A stretch of 64,000 nt of DNA, taken from Escherichia coli (GTDB taxonomy: Bacteria > Pseudomonadota > Gammaproteobacteria > Enterobacterales > Enterobacteriaceae). Made by a program: the position numbers and the translations under genes. The number at the start of each line of letters is the position of its first letter. The first letter of the stretch is position 1. Location of the stretch: assembly GCF_050920415.1 (NCBI RefSeq), contig NZ_CP169309.1. One strand, given 5' to 3'. Shown piece after piece: positions 1 through 11,418 of the stretch. The notes beneath the pieces are model-generated. The model was not told the DNA's origin. It did not search any database and was given only the letters and a program-made list of their open reading frames with translations.

Positions 1-387
<387 letters not shown>

Positions 388-494
388 AATTGCCTCACTT
401 AAAGCACGCGGATGAGAGACAGCCTCCTCTCCTCCGTGTGTTACTATAAAAGTTATCTCCCTTCTCGTTCATCGTTCCATATTTGAGAAACAGT

Positions 495-1034
495 ATGTCT
501 TCCAGAGTTTTGACCCCGGACGTCGTTGGTATTGACGCCCTGGTACACGATCACCAAACCGTTCTGGCAAAAGCTGAAGGCGGTGTGGTTGCCGTATTTG
601 CTAACAATGCCCCGGCGTTTTATGCCGTCACGCCTGCGCGCCTGGCTGAACTGCTGGCGCTGGAAGAAAAGCTGGCGCGTCCAGGAAGCGATGTCGCTCT
701 GGACGATCAACTCTATCAGGAACCGCAAGTCGCTCCCGTTGCTGTACCCATGGGGAAATTCGCCATGTATCCGGACTGGCAACCCGATGCCGACTTTATC
801 CGCCTGGCGGCGCTATGGGGCGTGGCGCTAAGAGAGCCGGTGACCACCGAAGAACTGGCCTCATTCATTGCCTACTGGCAGGCGGAAGGTAAAGTCTTTC
901 ACCATGTACAGTGGCAACAAAAACTGGCGCGCAGCCTGCAAATCGGTCGTGCCAGCAACGGCGGACTGCCGAAACGAGATGTGAACACGGTCAGCGAACC
1001 TGACAGCCAAATTCCACCAGGATTCAGAGGGTAA
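495..1034 (+). CDS. dnaT: primosomal protein DnaT
   Basis: The ORF 483..1034 translation from the internal ATG at 495 ([21 protein letters not shown]...) matches recalled DnaT (179 aa); it sits immediately upstream of dnaC. Confidence 0.9.
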   Translation: MSSRVLTPDVVGIDALVHDHQTVLAKAEGGVVAVFANNAPAFYAVTPARLAELLALEEKLARPGSDVALDDQLYQEPQVAPVAVPMGKFAMYPDWQPDADFIRLAALWGVALREPVTTEELASFIAYWQAEGKVFHHVQWQQKLARSLQIGRASNGGLPKRDVNTVSEPDSQIPPGFRG

Positions 1035-1036
1035 CG

Positions 1037-1774
1037 ATGAAAAACGTTGGCGACCTGATGCAACGCCTGCAAAAAATGATGCCTGCCCATATCAAACCTG
1101 CGTTTAAAACGGGTGAAGAACTGCTGGCCTGGCAGAAAGAACAAGGGGCAATCCGCTCCGCCGCTCTCGAACGTGAAAACCGGGCGATGAAAATGCAGCG
1201 CACCTTTAACCGCTCCGGTATTCGTCCACTGCATCAGAACTGCTCCTTTGAGAACTATCGCGTTGAGTGTGAAGGGCAGATGAATGCGTTAAGCAAAGCA
1301 CGCCAGTATGTCGAAGAGTTTGACGGCAACATCGCCAGCTTCATCTTTTCTGGCAAGCCAGGAACCGGCAAAAACCATCTGGCGGCGGCAATCTGCAACG
1401 AGCTACTGCTACGCGGTAAATCCGTATTGATCATCACCGTGGCCGATATTATGTCGGCGATGAAAGATACCTTCAGGAATAGCGGTACCAGCGAAGAACA
1501 ACTGCTTAACGATCTGAGCAACGTTGATCTGCTGGTGATCGATGAGATCGGTGTGCAGACCGAATCGAAATACGAAAAAGTGATCATCAACCAGATCGTC
1601 GATCGCCGCTCTTCTTCCAAACGCCCAACCGGGATGCTGACCAACAGTAATATGGAAGAGATGACCAAGTTGCTGGGCGAACGCGTGATGGATCGTATGC
1701 GCCTGGGTAACAGTTTGTGGGTGATCTTCAACTGGGATAGCTACCGTAGCCGGGTAACGGGTAAAGAGTATTAA
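1037..1774 (+). CDS. dnaC: helicase loader DnaC (AAA+ ATPase)
   Basis: 245 aa ORF with Walker A motif GKPGTGKNHL; sequence recognised as E. coli DnaC; 2 bp after the dnaT stop. Confidence 0.95.
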   Translation: MKNVGDLMQRLQKMMPAHIKPAFKTGEELLAWQKEQGAIRSAALERENRAMKMQRTFNRSGIRPLHQNCSFENYRVECEGQMNALSKARQYVEEFDGNIASFIFSGKPGTGKNHLAAAICNELLLRGKSVLIITVADIMSAMKDTFRNSGTSEEQLLNDLSNVDLLVIDEIGVQTESKYEKVIINQIVDRRSSSKRPTGMLTNSNMEEMTKLLGERVMDRMRLGNSLWVIFNWDSYRSRVTGKEY

Positions 1775-1819
1775 TCCCAATTTCTGGCGGTATACTGCGA
1801 CACAATTCCACCTTGAGTA

Positions 1820-2317
1820 ATGATGATGAAAACTATTAAACATCTTCTGTGCTGTGCCCTTGCTGCCAGCGCATTAATTTCCACCGGGGTGCATGCTGCA
1901 TCCTGGAAAGATGCGCTCTCCAGCGCCGCCAGCGAACTTGGCAACCAAAACAGCACGACACAAGAAGGCGGTTGGTCGCTCGCTTCATTAACTAGCTTGC
2001 TTAGCAGCGGGAACCAGGCCTTAAGCGCAGATAACATGAACAATGCCGCAGGCATACTGCAATACTGCGCCAAGCAAAAGCTAGCTTCGGTAACCGATGC
2101 CGAAAACATCAAGAACCAGGTGCTGGAAAAGCTGGGCCTGAACAGTGAAGAGCAAAAAGAAGACACCAACTATCTGGATGGCATTCAGGGTTTGCTGAAA
2201 ACCAAAGATGGTCAGCAACTCAATCTGGATAACATCGGAACGACTCCGCTGGCAGAAAAGGTGAAAACCAAAGCCTGCGATCTGGTGTTAAAGCAGGGGC
2301 TAAACTTCATTTCCTGA
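1820..2317 (+). CDS. yjjA: YjjA, small secreted protein with N-terminal signal peptide
   Basis: 165 aa ORF with a hydrophobic signal-like N-terminus (MMMKTIKHLLCCALAASALISTGVHA); position between dnaC and opgB as in K-12. The exact start among the three ATGs is uncertain. Confidence 0.75.
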   Translation: MMMKTIKHLLCCALAASALISTGVHAASWKDALSSAASELGNQNSTTQEGGWSLASLTSLLSSGNQALSADNMNNAAGILQYCAKQKLASVTDAENIKNQVLEKLGLNSEEQKEDTNYLDGIQGLLKTKDGQQLNLDNIGTTPLAEKVKTKACDLVLKQGLNFIS

Positions 2318-2570
2318 TCCGCGAAACGCCGCGTTTTAGCTGTTACCCGGCTGACGCGGCTCTCTCCTGCCCTTTTCCCTGCTCCTGTACGGTTTTCCCC
2401 CTGTTACACGGGAAGCGACCGTAATCAAAAAAGTCTGTTTATAAACTAATTCCTAACAACATCGCATTTTTTTGACACTAGAATTGCAGCAATATGGCGA
2501 CGCCATTACATTGTGCTTCTCAAAAAGCTTAAACGTTGGCTAAACGGCCCGGTTTAGTGAGGATCGCCCG

Positions 2571-4862
2571 TTGTCAGAACTACTCTCTTTCGCCCTTTTT
2601 CTCGCCTCTGTGCTCATTTACGCATGGAAAGCGGGACGTAATACCTGGTGGTTTGCAGCCACATTAACGGTGCTGGGGCTATTTGTCGTTTTAAATATCA
2701 CCCTGTTTGCCAGCGACTATTTTACTGGTGATGGTATTAACGACGCGGTTCTCTATACCTTAACCAACAGCCTGACCGGTGCTGGCGTCAGCAAATACAT
2801 TCTTCCGGGTATCGGCATTGTGCTGGGGCTGACGGCGGTGTTCGGTGCTCTGGGCTGGATCCTGCGCCGTCGTCGTCATCATCCGCACCATTTTGGTTAC
2901 AGCCTGCTGGCACTCTTACTGGCGCTGGGTTCAGTGGATGCCAGCCCGGCATTTCGTCAGATAACGGAACTGGTGAAATCCCAGTCACGCGACGGCGACC
3001 CGGACTTTGCGGCTTATTATAAAGAGCCGTCGAAAACTATCCCTGACCCGAAACTCAACCTGGTTTATATCTACGGCGAAAGTCTCGAGCGAACCTATTT
3101 TGATAACGAAGCTTTCCCGGATCTCACGCCTGAACTGGGCGCGTTGAAAAATGAAGGCCTGGATTTCAGCCACACGCAGCAGCTGCCAGGAACGGATTAC
3201 ACGATTGCGGGCATGGTGGCTTCTCAGTGCGGCATACCGCTGTTTGCCCCCTTTGAAGGCAACGCCTCCGCTTCTGTTTCCAGCTTCTTCCCACAGAACA
3301 TCTGCCTGGGCGATATCCTGAAGAACTCGGGTTATCAGAACTATTTCGTGCAGGGCGCGAATCTGCGTTTTGCCGGTAAAGATGTGTTCCTGAAGTCGCA
3401 CGGCTTCGACCATTTATATGGCTCAGAAGAGCTGAAAAGCGTGGTGGCAGACCCACACTATCGCAACGACTGGGGATTCTACGACGATACCGTGCTGGAT
3501 GAAGCGTGGAAAAAGTTTGAAGAGCTTTCCCGCTCTGGCCAGCGATTCTCACTGTTTACCCTGACGGTCGATACCCATCACCCGGATGGTTTTATCTCGC
3601 GCACCTGTAACCGCAAAAAATATGATTTTGACGGTAAGCCAAATCAGTCATTCAGTGCGGTAAGTTGCAGCCAGGAGAACATCGCAACGTTTATCAACAA
3701 AATCAAAGCATCACCGTGGTTTAAGGATACCGTTATCGTCGTCTCGTCTGACCATTTAGCGATGAACAACACGGCGTGGAAATACCTCAATAAGCAAGAT
3801 CGCAATAATCTGTTTTTCGTCATTCGTGGCGACAAGCCGCAGCAAGAAACGCTGGCGGTGAAGCGTAATACGATGGATAACGGCGCGACGGTGTTGGACA
3901 TTCTCGGTGGCGATAACTATCTCGGACTTGGTCGTAGCAGTTTATCCGGGCAGTCAATGTCGGAAATCTTCCTCAATATCAAAGAGAAAACGTTGGCGTG
4001 GAAGCCGGATATCATCCGCCTGTGGAAATTCCCTAAAGAGATGAAAGAGTTCACCATCGACCAGCAGAAAAACATGATTGCCTTCTCAGGTAGCCATTTC
4101 CGTTTGCCGCTGCTGTTGCGGGTTTCAGACAAACGCGTGGAACCGCTGCCGGAAAGTGAATACTCAGCACCGCTGCGTTTCCAGTTGGCCGATTTTGCTC
4201 CACGCGACAATTTCGTCTGGGTTGACCGTTGCTATAAGATGGCACAACTCTGGGCTCCGGAACTGGCACTTTCCACCGACTGGTGTGTCTCGCAAGGGCA
4301 GCTTGGCGGTCAGCAAATTGTCCAGCATGTTGATAAAACAACATGGAAGGGCAAAACGGCATTTAAAGATACGGTCATCGACATGGCGCGTTACAAAGGC
4401 AATGTCGATACGCTGAAGATTGTTGATAACGATATTCGCTACAAAGCCGACAGCTTCATTTTTAACGTCGCCGGTGCGCCGGAAGAGGTGAAACAATTTA
4501 GTGGGATTTCCCGTCCGGAGTCGTGGGGCCGCTGGTCCAACGCGCAGTTGGGCGATGAAGTCAAAATTGAGTACAAGCATCCGCTGCCGAAGAAATTTGA
4601 CCTGGTGATTACCGCCAAAGCATACGGCAATAACGCCAGCCGTCCTATTCCGGTACGCGTAGGCAATGATGAACAAACCCTTGTGCTGGGCAATGAAGTA
4701 ACCACCACCACGCTGCATTTCGATAACCCAACCGATGCTGACACGCTGGTGATTGTGCCACCTGAACCCGTCTCAACCAACGAAGGGAATATCCTCGGAC
4801 ACTCGCCGCGTAAGCTTGGTATCGGCATGGTGGAAATTAAAGTGGTGGAACGTGAAGGGTAA
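2571..4862 (+). CDS. opgB: phosphoglycerol transferase I (osmoregulated periplasmic glucan biosynthesis)
   Basis: 763 aa ORF with a TTG start, N-terminal transmembrane segments and a sulfatase-like domain; recognised as OpgB/MdoB. Confidence 0.92.
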   Translation: MSELLSFALFLASVLIYAWKAGRNTWWFAATLTVLGLFVVLNITLFASDYFTGDGINDAVLYTLTNSLTGAGVSKYILPGIGIVLGLTAVFGALGWILRRRRHHPHHFGYSLLALLLALGSVDASPAFRQITELVKSQSRDGDPDFAAYYKEPSKTIPDPKLNLVYIYGESLERTYFDNEAFPDLTPELGALKNEGLDFSHTQQLPGTDYTIAGMVASQCGIPLFAPFEGNASASVSSFFPQNICLGDILKNSGYQNYFVQGANLRFAGKDVFLKSHGFDHLYGSEELKSVVADPHYRNDWGFYDDTVLDEAWKKFEELSRSGQRFSLFTLTVDTHHPDGFISRTCNRKKYDFDGKPNQSFSAVSCSQENIATFINKIKASPWFKDTVIVVSSDHLAMNNTAWKYLNKQDRNNLFFVIRGDKPQQETLAVKRNTMDNGATVLDILGGDNYLGLGRSSLSGQSMSEIFLNIKEKTLAWKPDIIRLWKFPKEMKEFTIDQQKNMIAFSGSHFRLPLLLRVSDKRVEPLPESEYSAPLRFQLADFAPRDNFVWVDRCYKMAQLWAPELALSTDWCVSQGQLGGQQIVQHVDKTTWKGKTAFKDTVIDMARYKGNVDTLKIVDNDIRYKADSFIFNVAGAPEEVKQFSGISRPESWGRWSNAQLGDEVKIEYKHPLPKKFDLVITAKAYGNNASRPIPVRVGNDEQTLVLGNEVTTTTLHFDNPTDADTLVIVPPEPVSTNEGNILGHSPRKLGIGMVEIKVVEREG

Positions 4863-4876
4863 TTCCTGACTGATTT

Positions 4877-4901
4877 GTAGGTCGCATAAGGTGCGACCTA
4901 C
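4877..4901. terminator. perfect hairpin (GTAGGTCGCA-loop-TGCGACCTAC), REP-like, between convergent opgB and lgoD
   Basis: Inverted repeat read directly; it lies 15 bp after the opgB stop. Confidence 0.4.
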
Positions 4902-4996
4902 ACACCTTCTCCGGCACACAACACATTATTAAGAAACAAAAAAAACAGCGCCCAACACTTCCCCGGACGCTGCATGGCAACTTTAATAATCTCGCC

Positions 4997-6022
4997 TTAT
5001 AAGAAAGTAATTACACCCTTAATCAACTCACGATTGTTAATCACATCGCGCTCATAGGTTTCTGCCAGCGTGGCGAACGGATAGCGATGGGTTAACATCA
5101 TGTCGGCAGTGATTTTTCCTTCCGCCATCAGTCGACCGACTTTAGCGAAATCTTCCGGCGTGGCGTTGCGGCTGCCCATCATCGTCGTTTCTTTTTTATG
5201 GAATTCCGGATCGGAGAACTGCAACTCACCTTTAAACAGACCGACAAATACCACCGTGCCGCCGTGACGAATCAGATTTACGGTGTTATTCATCGCATGT
5301 TGATTACCTGTCGCGTCGATCACTTTCTGCGCCAGCGAACCACCAAACTGCGCCCGCAGCTGCGCGTCAAAATCTTCGGCTGACGGGTCCAGCACGGGCA
5401 ACTCCAGACGCGTTGCCACATGTTCTCGGCGTGCCGGACTGGTATCCGCCACCACCACCTGTGCGCCATCAGCTTTAGCGATTGCCGCCGCGCCCAGACC
5501 AATTGGCCCCGCCCCGACCACCAGCACCTGCTCGCCGGGAGCAATAGCCGCACGACGCACCGCATGAGCGCTAATAGCGAAAGGTTCAATCAATGCTGCC
5601 GCCTGCGGGTCAATACCGTCTGCGGGCAAAATGTTCGCCACCGGCACGCTCAAATACTCACTAAAACCACCATCCTGATGCACACCAATAACTGAAATTT
5701 TTTCACAGCAATTGGTGCGACCGCTTTTACATGCCGGGCATTGCTGACAGGCAACATAAGGGATCACCGCAACTTGCTGACCATTTTTAAGATCAGCAAT
5801 ATTTTTACCCAGCCCAACAATCTCCCCACATATTTCATGGCCTAAAACGCGTGGATAACTAAAAAATGGTTGATTTCCACCCCAGGCATGAATATCGGTA
5901 CCGCAAATCCCGACAGACTTAATTTTTATTAATACTTCATTGTCACCCGGAATAGGTATCTCGCGTTGTTTCCAGACTAATTCTTTCGGCTGCTGGCAAA
6001 TTAAAACATTCATCGTAGACAT
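4997..6022 (-). CDS. lgoD: L-galactonate 5-dehydrogenase (Zn-dependent alcohol dehydrogenase family)
   Basis: The translation (MSTMNVLICQQPKELVWKQ...GHEICGEIV...) shows a Zn-ADH signature and a GxGxxG Rossmann motif; start set at the internal Met matching recalled LgoD/YjjN. Confidence 0.9.
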   Translation of the reverse strand: MSTMNVLICQQPKELVWKQREIPIPGDNEVLIKIKSVGICGTDIHAWGGNQPFFSYPRVLGHEICGEIVGLGKNIADLKNGQQVAVIPYVACQQCPACKSGRTNCCEKISVIGVHQDGGFSEYLSVPVANILPADGIDPQAAALIEPFAISAHAVRRAAIAPGEQVLVVGAGPIGLGAAAIAKADGAQVVVADTSPARREHVATRLELPVLDPSAEDFDAQLRAQFGGSLAQKVIDATGNQHAMNNTVNLIRHGGTVVFVGLFKGELQFSDPEFHKKETTMMGSRNATPEDFAKVGRLMAEGKITADMMLTHRYPFATLAETYERDVINNRELIKGVITFL

Positions 6023-6160
6023 GATTCGGCTCTCCATTTTTTGTTGCCTTAGATATCAATGAAAATGAAAAATGGCAGCGGAACGGAAAATCTGTTTTGT
6101 GAAAACACACGCATAAAAATGTTTTAAATCGGGTTTTAATGGACTCACAAGGAGGAAAAT

Positions 6161-7075
6161 ATGAGTCGCTCACAAAATTTACGCCACAATGTGATTAACC
6201 AGGTCATTGATGATATGGCGCGGGGTCACATCCCTTCCCCACTTCCATCGCAAAGTGCGCTGGCGGAAATGTACAACATCAGCCGCACCACAGTGCGTCA
6301 TATTCTCAGCCACTTACGCGAATGCGGCGTCTTGACGCAGGTTGGAAACGACTATGTTATTGCGCGTAAACCTGACCATGATGACGGTTTCGCCTGTACT
6401 ACCGCTTCAATGAGTGAACAAAACAAAGTGTTTGAGCAGGCTTTTTTCACGATGATAAACCAGCGTCAGTTACGCCCTGGGGAAACTTTTTCTGAACTGC
6501 AACTGGCGCGGGCCGCGGGTGTCAGCCCGGTTGTAGTAAGAGAATATCTTTTAAAATTCGGCCGTTATAATCTTATTCAAAGCGAAAAGCGCGGCCAGTG
6601 GAGCATGAAGCAATTCGATCAATCCTACGCCGAGCAGCTGTTTGAGCTACGCGAAATGCTCGAAACTCATTCACTTCAGCACTTTCTCAACCTGCCTGAT
6701 CATGATCCCCGCTGGCTGCAGGCGAAAACCATGCTCGAACGTCATCGGCTACTGCGTGACAACATCGGCAATAGCTTTCGCATGTTCTCGCAACTTGACA
6801 GAGATTTTCACTCCTTACTGCTTTCAGCTGCCGACAATATCTTTTTTGATCAATCGCTTGAGATCATCTCAGTCATCTTTCATTTTCACTATCAATGGGA
6901 CGAAAGCGATCTTAAACAGCGCAATATCATTGCCGTCGATGAGCATATGACCATTCTCAGCGCTCTGATTTGCCGCAGTGACCTGGATGCCACCCTTGCG
7001 CTCCGTAACCATTTGAATTCAGCTAAACAATCAATGATTCGATCCATTAATGAGAACACGCGTTATGCTCATTAA
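6161..7075 (+). CDS. lgoR: GntR-family regulator with FCD domain (L-galactonate operon regulator)
   Basis: 304 aa ORF with an N-terminal GntR helix-turn-helix; divergent from lgoD as in K-12. Confidence 0.88.
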   Translation: MSRSQNLRHNVINQVIDDMARGHIPSPLPSQSALAEMYNISRTTVRHILSHLRECGVLTQVGNDYVIARKPDHDDGFACTTASMSEQNKVFEQAFFTMINQRQLRPGETFSELQLARAAGVSPVVVREYLLKFGRYNLIQSEKRGQWSMKQFDQSYAEQLFELREMLETHSLQHFLNLPDHDPRWLQAKTMLERHRLLRDNIGNSFRMFSQLDRDFHSLLLSAADNIFFDQSLEIISVIFHFHYQWDESDLKQRNIIAVDEHMTILSALICRSDLDATLALRNHLNSAKQSMIRSINENTRYAH

Positions 7076-7289
7076 GTACGGATTAAAAACAGCAAACTAT
7101 TAGCGGGTGCACGGTTTTATCAAAAGATAAATACCGGAAAATTCCCGCTTACCTATGCTCACAATCAGTCGACTAAAAATGTTTTTGTGAGCGGTAGTAA
7201 AGTCCTAAAACTTTTACCTGCCGTTAATGTCAACCTTGCGTAATGCACAATTACGTAAACAATTAAAATTATAAATACAGGAGTCCGGC

Positions 7290-8651
7290 GTGGAAAAAGA
7301 AAATATCACCCTCGATCCGCGTTCTTCATTTACTCCATCTTCGTCGGCAGATATTCCCGTGCCACCAGATGGATTAGTTCAACGCAGTACCCGAATTAAA
7401 CGCATTCAAACCACCGCCATGTTGTTATTATTTTTTGCGGCGGTAATCAATTATCTCGACCGCAGTTCACTGTCGGTAGCAAATTTAACGATTCGTGAAG
7501 AATTGGGATTAAGTGCCACCGAAATCGGCGCTTTGCTCTCCGTGTTTTCACTCGCTTACGGGATTGCGCAACTTCCTTGCGGCCCACTATTGGATCGTAA
7601 AGGCCCGCGCCTGATGCTGGGACTGGGGATGTTCTTCTGGTCACTGTTCCAGGCAATGTCTGGCATGGTGCACAGCTTTACGCAGTTCGTGTTGGTGCGT
7701 ATAGGTATGGGGATTGGTGAAGCGCCGATGAACCCATGCGGTGTAAAAGTCATTAACGACTGGTTCAACATCAAAGAGCGCGGACGCCCGATGGGCTTCT
7801 TCAACGCAGCTTCTACCATTGGCGTTGCCGTAAGCCCACCGATTCTGGCGGCGATGATGCTGGTGATGGGCTGGCGCGGGATGTTTATTACCATTGGTGT
7901 ACTGGGGATTTTTCTCGCCATCGGTTGGTATATGCTCTATCGCAACCGCGAGCACGTTGAACTGACTGCCGTTGAACAAGCCTATCTCAATGCCGGTAGC
8001 GTCAATGCCCGCCGTGATCCACTCAGTTTTGCTGAATGGCGCAGCCTGTTCCGTAACCGCACAATGTGGGGAATGATGCTCGGATTCAGTGGCATCAATT
8101 ACACTGCGTGGCTGTATCTGGCCTGGCTGCCAGGTTACCTGCAAACAGCCTATAACCTGGATTTAAAAAGCACCGGGTTGATGGCGGCTATCCCTTTCCT
8201 GTTTGGGGCTGCCGGGATGCTGGTCAATGGTTACGTTACCGACTGGCTGGTCAAAGGAGGAATGGCTCCGATTAAAAGCCGTAAGATCTGCATTATTGCC
8301 GGGATGTTCTGTTCTGCCGCCTTTACGCTGGTCGTACCGCAAGCGACAACATCCATGACAGCGGTTCTGCTGATTGGCATGGCACTGTTCTGTATTCACT
8401 TTGCCGGAACATCCTGCTGGGGCTTGATCCACGTCGCAGTTGCTTCTCGCATGACTGCGTCGGTGGGCAGTATCCAAAACTTTGCCAGCTTCATCTGCGC
8501 CTCTTTTGCGCCGATCATTACTGGTTTTATTGTTGATACCACCCACTCATTCCGTCTGGCGCTAATCATCTGCGGTTGCGTCACCGCGGCGGGTGCACTG
8601 GCATACATCTTCCTGGTCCGTCAGCCGATCAACGACCCACGTAAAGATTAA
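7290..8651 (+). CDS. lgoT: MFS transporter (L-galactonate:H+ symporter)
   Basis: 453 aa ORF with a GTG start and 12-TM MFS-like hydropathy; recognised as YjjL/LgoT. Confidence 0.88.
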   Translation: MEKENITLDPRSSFTPSSSADIPVPPDGLVQRSTRIKRIQTTAMLLLFFAAVINYLDRSSLSVANLTIREELGLSATEIGALLSVFSLAYGIAQLPCGPLLDRKGPRLMLGLGMFFWSLFQAMSGMVHSFTQFVLVRIGMGIGEAPMNPCGVKVINDWFNIKERGRPMGFFNAASTIGVAVSPPILAAMMLVMGWRGMFITIGVLGIFLAIGWYMLYRNREHVELTAVEQAYLNAGSVNARRDPLSFAEWRSLFRNRTMWGMMLGFSGINYTAWLYLAWLPGYLQTAYNLDLKSTGLMAAIPFLFGAAGMLVNGYVTDWLVKGGMAPIKSRKICIIAGMFCSAAFTLVVPQATTSMTAVLLIGMALFCIHFAGTSCWGLIHVAVASRMTASVGSIQNFASFICASFAPIITGFIVDTTHSFRLALIICGCVTAAGALAYIFLVRQPINDPRKD

Positions 8652-8658
8652 TTTCCCT

Positions 8659-8692
8659 ATGCCCGATAACATTTTGCTTATCGGGCATTTTT
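8659..8692 (+). terminator. rho-independent terminator downstream of lgoT
   Basis: 11 bp stem ATGCCCGATAA / TTATCGGGCAT followed by TTTT, read directly. Confidence 0.6.
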
Positions 8693-8699
8693 ATGGCGA

Positions 8700-10364
8700 T
8701 TAAAACGTTTCCCAGTTCTCTCCGCTATCTGCCACTGCCACTTTGCGCGGCGCAGATGGCGTCACAGTTTTTACTACTGCCGATGCTTCGCGCTGGCGTT
8801 GCTGCTCTTGCTGAATCCGGAACACTGCCACAGCTTCGGTCAGGCGACTGGCCTGCTCCTCCAGCGCGGCGGCGGCGGCGGCAGATTCTTCCACCAGCGC
8901 GGCGTTTTGTTGGGTTACTCGGTCCATCTCAGCTACTGCTAAGCCAACCTGATCGATACCACGGCTCTGCTCATCAGAAGCCGAAGCAATTTCGCCCATA
9001 ATGTCCGTCACGCGGGTCACAGCGCTGACAATCTCTGCCATGGTTTCCCCGGCGCTTTCGACCAGCGTAGAGCCAACATCCACTTTGCCCACCGAGTCTT
9101 CAATCAGGCTTTTAATTTCGCGAGCCGCCTGAGCGCTACGCTGGGCCAGATTACGCACTTCTCCCGCAACCACCGCAAAACCGCGCCCTTGCTCACCTGC
9201 ACGCGCTGCTTCAACCGCCGCGTTCAAAGCCAGAATATTGGTCTGGAAGGCAATGCCGTCAATTACGCTGATAATATCGGCGATTTTCTGCGAGCTGGTG
9301 GAGATATCGCGCATGGTCTGCACCACGTTATCCACCACTTTGCCGCCACGTTGCGCCGTTTCGGAAGCACTTAACGCCAGATGGCTAGCCTGACGCGCAT
9401 TCTCGGCGTTCTGTTTCACCGTTGCGGTCAGTTGTTCCATGCTGGCTGCCGTCTCTTCCAGCGAAGCGGCCTGTTGCTCGGTGCGCGAAGAGAGATCGTT
9501 ATTGCCGGTGGCGATTTCGCTGGCACCGCTATAGATAGCATTGGCCCCGTTGCGCACATCACCGACGGTACGCATCAGCTCCCCCTGCATATGGCGCAAA
9601 CTCTCTGCCAGTTGCCCCATCTCATTAGAACCATCCACCTCAATCGGTTTCACCAGATCGCCACCTGCAATATGACGAATGCTGTCAATCAGGCGATTCA
9701 TTGGCGCTACCAACGAGGCTTTAATACCGAACCAGACGGCGAAGATGACCGCCAGTACGACGATCATCACGCCCACCAGAATCCACATCGCCTGGCTGTA
9801 GGAGGCATTATTATCGCTGACGGCGATATCATAGAGCCGATCGTTTTGCTCCATGTAAGCCACATACTGCTTCTCGAAACCGTCCTGATATCCCTGAGTC
9901 GGCTGATCAAAGAATTCGTTGATTTTGCCTGCACCTAACAGTTGGATCAGTTCCGCCAGCGCATTGTGATAAATATCGTAATTACGTTTGATCTCTGCCG
10001 CTGCGGCGGTGCTCTGACGCGGGTCACGCGGCAATGCTTCGTAATCCGCCCAGTTTTTTTCCGCCTGTTTCAGCGAAATACTGGCACTCTGCATCAGCTC
10101 GGCAACGGTTGAACCGCTACCAATATTGTTCTGATCCATCATGTAGCGGATCCCCGCGCGGTTGAGGGTGTTACGCGTCTGCAACAACGCGACCCAGCTG
10201 CCATTCAGCGTGGATTGCTGCTGGCGAATGGTTTGTAAAACAGTGAAATTTTCTTTGTCATTCTTTAAGGCATTAAAGAACAGACCGCCTGATGTCAGTT
10301 GTAAAAGGCCAAAAACGGCCAAAACCAGCAGTAAGCTGGTCACGATCTTGATACGTTTTAACAT
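8700..10364 (-). CDS. tsr: methyl-accepting chemotaxis protein I, serine chemoreceptor
   Basis: The translation from the internal Met ([19 protein letters not shown]...) has the highly conserved MCP signalling domain and a C-terminal NWETF pentapeptide; recognised as Tsr. Confidence 0.95.
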   Translation of the reverse strand: MLKRIKIVTSLLLVLAVFGLLQLTSGGLFFNALKNDKENFTVLQTIRQQQSTLNGSWVALLQTRNTLNRAGIRYMMDQNNIGSGSTVAELMQSASISLKQAEKNWADYEALPRDPRQSTAAAAEIKRNYDIYHNALAELIQLLGAGKINEFFDQPTQGYQDGFEKQYVAYMEQNDRLYDIAVSDNNASYSQAMWILVGVMIVVLAVIFAVWFGIKASLVAPMNRLIDSIRHIAGGDLVKPIEVDGSNEMGQLAESLRHMQGELMRTVGDVRNGANAIYSGASEIATGNNDLSSRTEQQAASLEETAASMEQLTATVKQNAENARQASHLALSASETAQRGGKVVDNVVQTMRDISTSSQKIADIISVIDGIAFQTNILALNAAVEAARAGEQGRGFAVVAGEVRNLAQRSAQAAREIKSLIEDSVGKVDVGSTLVESAGETMAEIVSAVTRVTDIMGEIASASDEQSRGIDQVGLAVAEMDRVTQQNAALVEESAAAAAALEEQASRLTEAVAVFRIQQEQQRQREASAVVKTVTPSAPRKVAVADSGENWETF

Positions 10365-10395
10365 GGTTTCTCTTTCCACTAGACAGATACACTGG

Positions 10396-10422
10396 TTGTC
10401 GGCCTGGTGGTGGAAAACTTTA
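10396..10422 (-). promoter_or_regulatory. sigma-28 (FliA) class III flagellar promoter for tsr
   Basis: On the minus strand the sequence reads TAAAGTTT-N11-GCCGACAA, a near-consensus match to TAAAGTTT-N11-GCCGATAA, about 30 bp upstream of the tsr start. Confidence 0.6.
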
Positions 10423-10503
10423 TGCTGTGGAAAAGCGTCGGCACTGCTTTTGTTGCAGCAAACTTGCGTTTTTTGTGAGGGTCACACTCTATAGCGGCAG
10501 TTT

Positions 10504-11409
10504 ATGGTACAAAGTATCAATCTTCTTCGAACCAGTGATACTCCTATGGCTTATAGCATCGATATCATCTCCTGCATTACCGAACGATTTATGGCGTTAA
10601 CAGCCACTGAAAAGCGTATCGCACAATTTATTCTTGATGACGTCTCTGCCGCAGTAGAGTTGCCAATTGCTGAGCTGGCACGGTTAACGCAAACCAGTCA
10701 GGCGTCGGTGACGCGTTTTGCCCGTGCACTGGGGTGCAAAGATGTCCGCGAGTTGAAAGTCAAACTGGCGCAGTCACTGGCTGTCGGGCAGCGGTTTATT
10801 CTCGATGTACCGGATCTTGACGGTGTTCAGGGGATCTACGAAGCGATTATTAGCGTGCTGGAAACGCATCGTCGTTCGCTGGATATGAATGCCATCAGCC
10901 AGGCTGTAAGCTGGTTAAGTCAGGCGCGGCAAATTCTTGCGTTAGGAACTGGCGGCGGTTCCACTATCTGTTCACAGGAGATTCAGTACCGTTTATTCCG
11001 TCTGGGGCTACCAGTGGTCAGTCAGAATGATGCCCTGATGATGAGAATGATGTGCTCGGCAGTGATGCCGCAGGATGTGGTGATTGTGCTGTCGCTGGGC
11101 GGTTATACACCGGAAATCATCGAAAGTGCGGCAATCGCCCGTCAGTATGGCGCGCGTGTTATTGCCATTACGCCAGCACAAACACCGCTGGCAGAACAGG
11201 TAGATCTGGTATTGCCGCTGCTGGTTCAGGAGAGTGATTACATCTTTAAACCCACGCCTTCCCGCTACGCGATGTTAGCCATGGTCGATGTACTGGCAAC
11301 GGAACTGGCAATGGCAAATAAAGCGCAGGCGAAAGATCGCCTGCGGCGGATAAAACTGGTGTTAGACAGCCACCGTGGGGGCGCTAACCGCCAGCCACTT
11401 GGCGATTAG
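10504..11409 (+). CDS. RpiR/MurR-family transcriptional regulator (HTH plus SIS sugar-phosphate-binding domain)
   Basis: 301 aa ORF; the domain pattern is recognised by eye. The start is uncertain, with an alternative ATG at 10546. Confidence 0.75.
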   Translation: MVQSINLLRTSDTPMAYSIDIISCITERFMALTATEKRIAQFILDDVSAAVELPIAELARLTQTSQASVTRFARALGCKDVRELKVKLAQSLAVGQRFILDVPDLDGVQGIYEAIISVLETHRRSLDMNAISQAVSWLSQARQILALGTGGGSTICSQEIQYRLFRLGLPVVSQNDALMMRMMCSAVMPQDVVIVLSLGGYTPEIIESAAIARQYGARVIAITPAQTPLAEQVDLVLPLLVQESDYIFKPTPSRYAMLAMVDVLATELAMANKAQAKDRLRRIKLVLDSHRGGANRQPLGD

Positions 11410-11418
11410 CATTGTCGG

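Noticed and set aside
9381-9938. 185 aa plus-strand ORF inside tsr, and similar antisense ORFs inside opgB, hsdR, lgoT, the island genes and mdtM
   Set aside because: All are embedded in strongly supported genes on the other strand with low-complexity, stop-avoiding translations; no Shine-Dalgarno or domain support.
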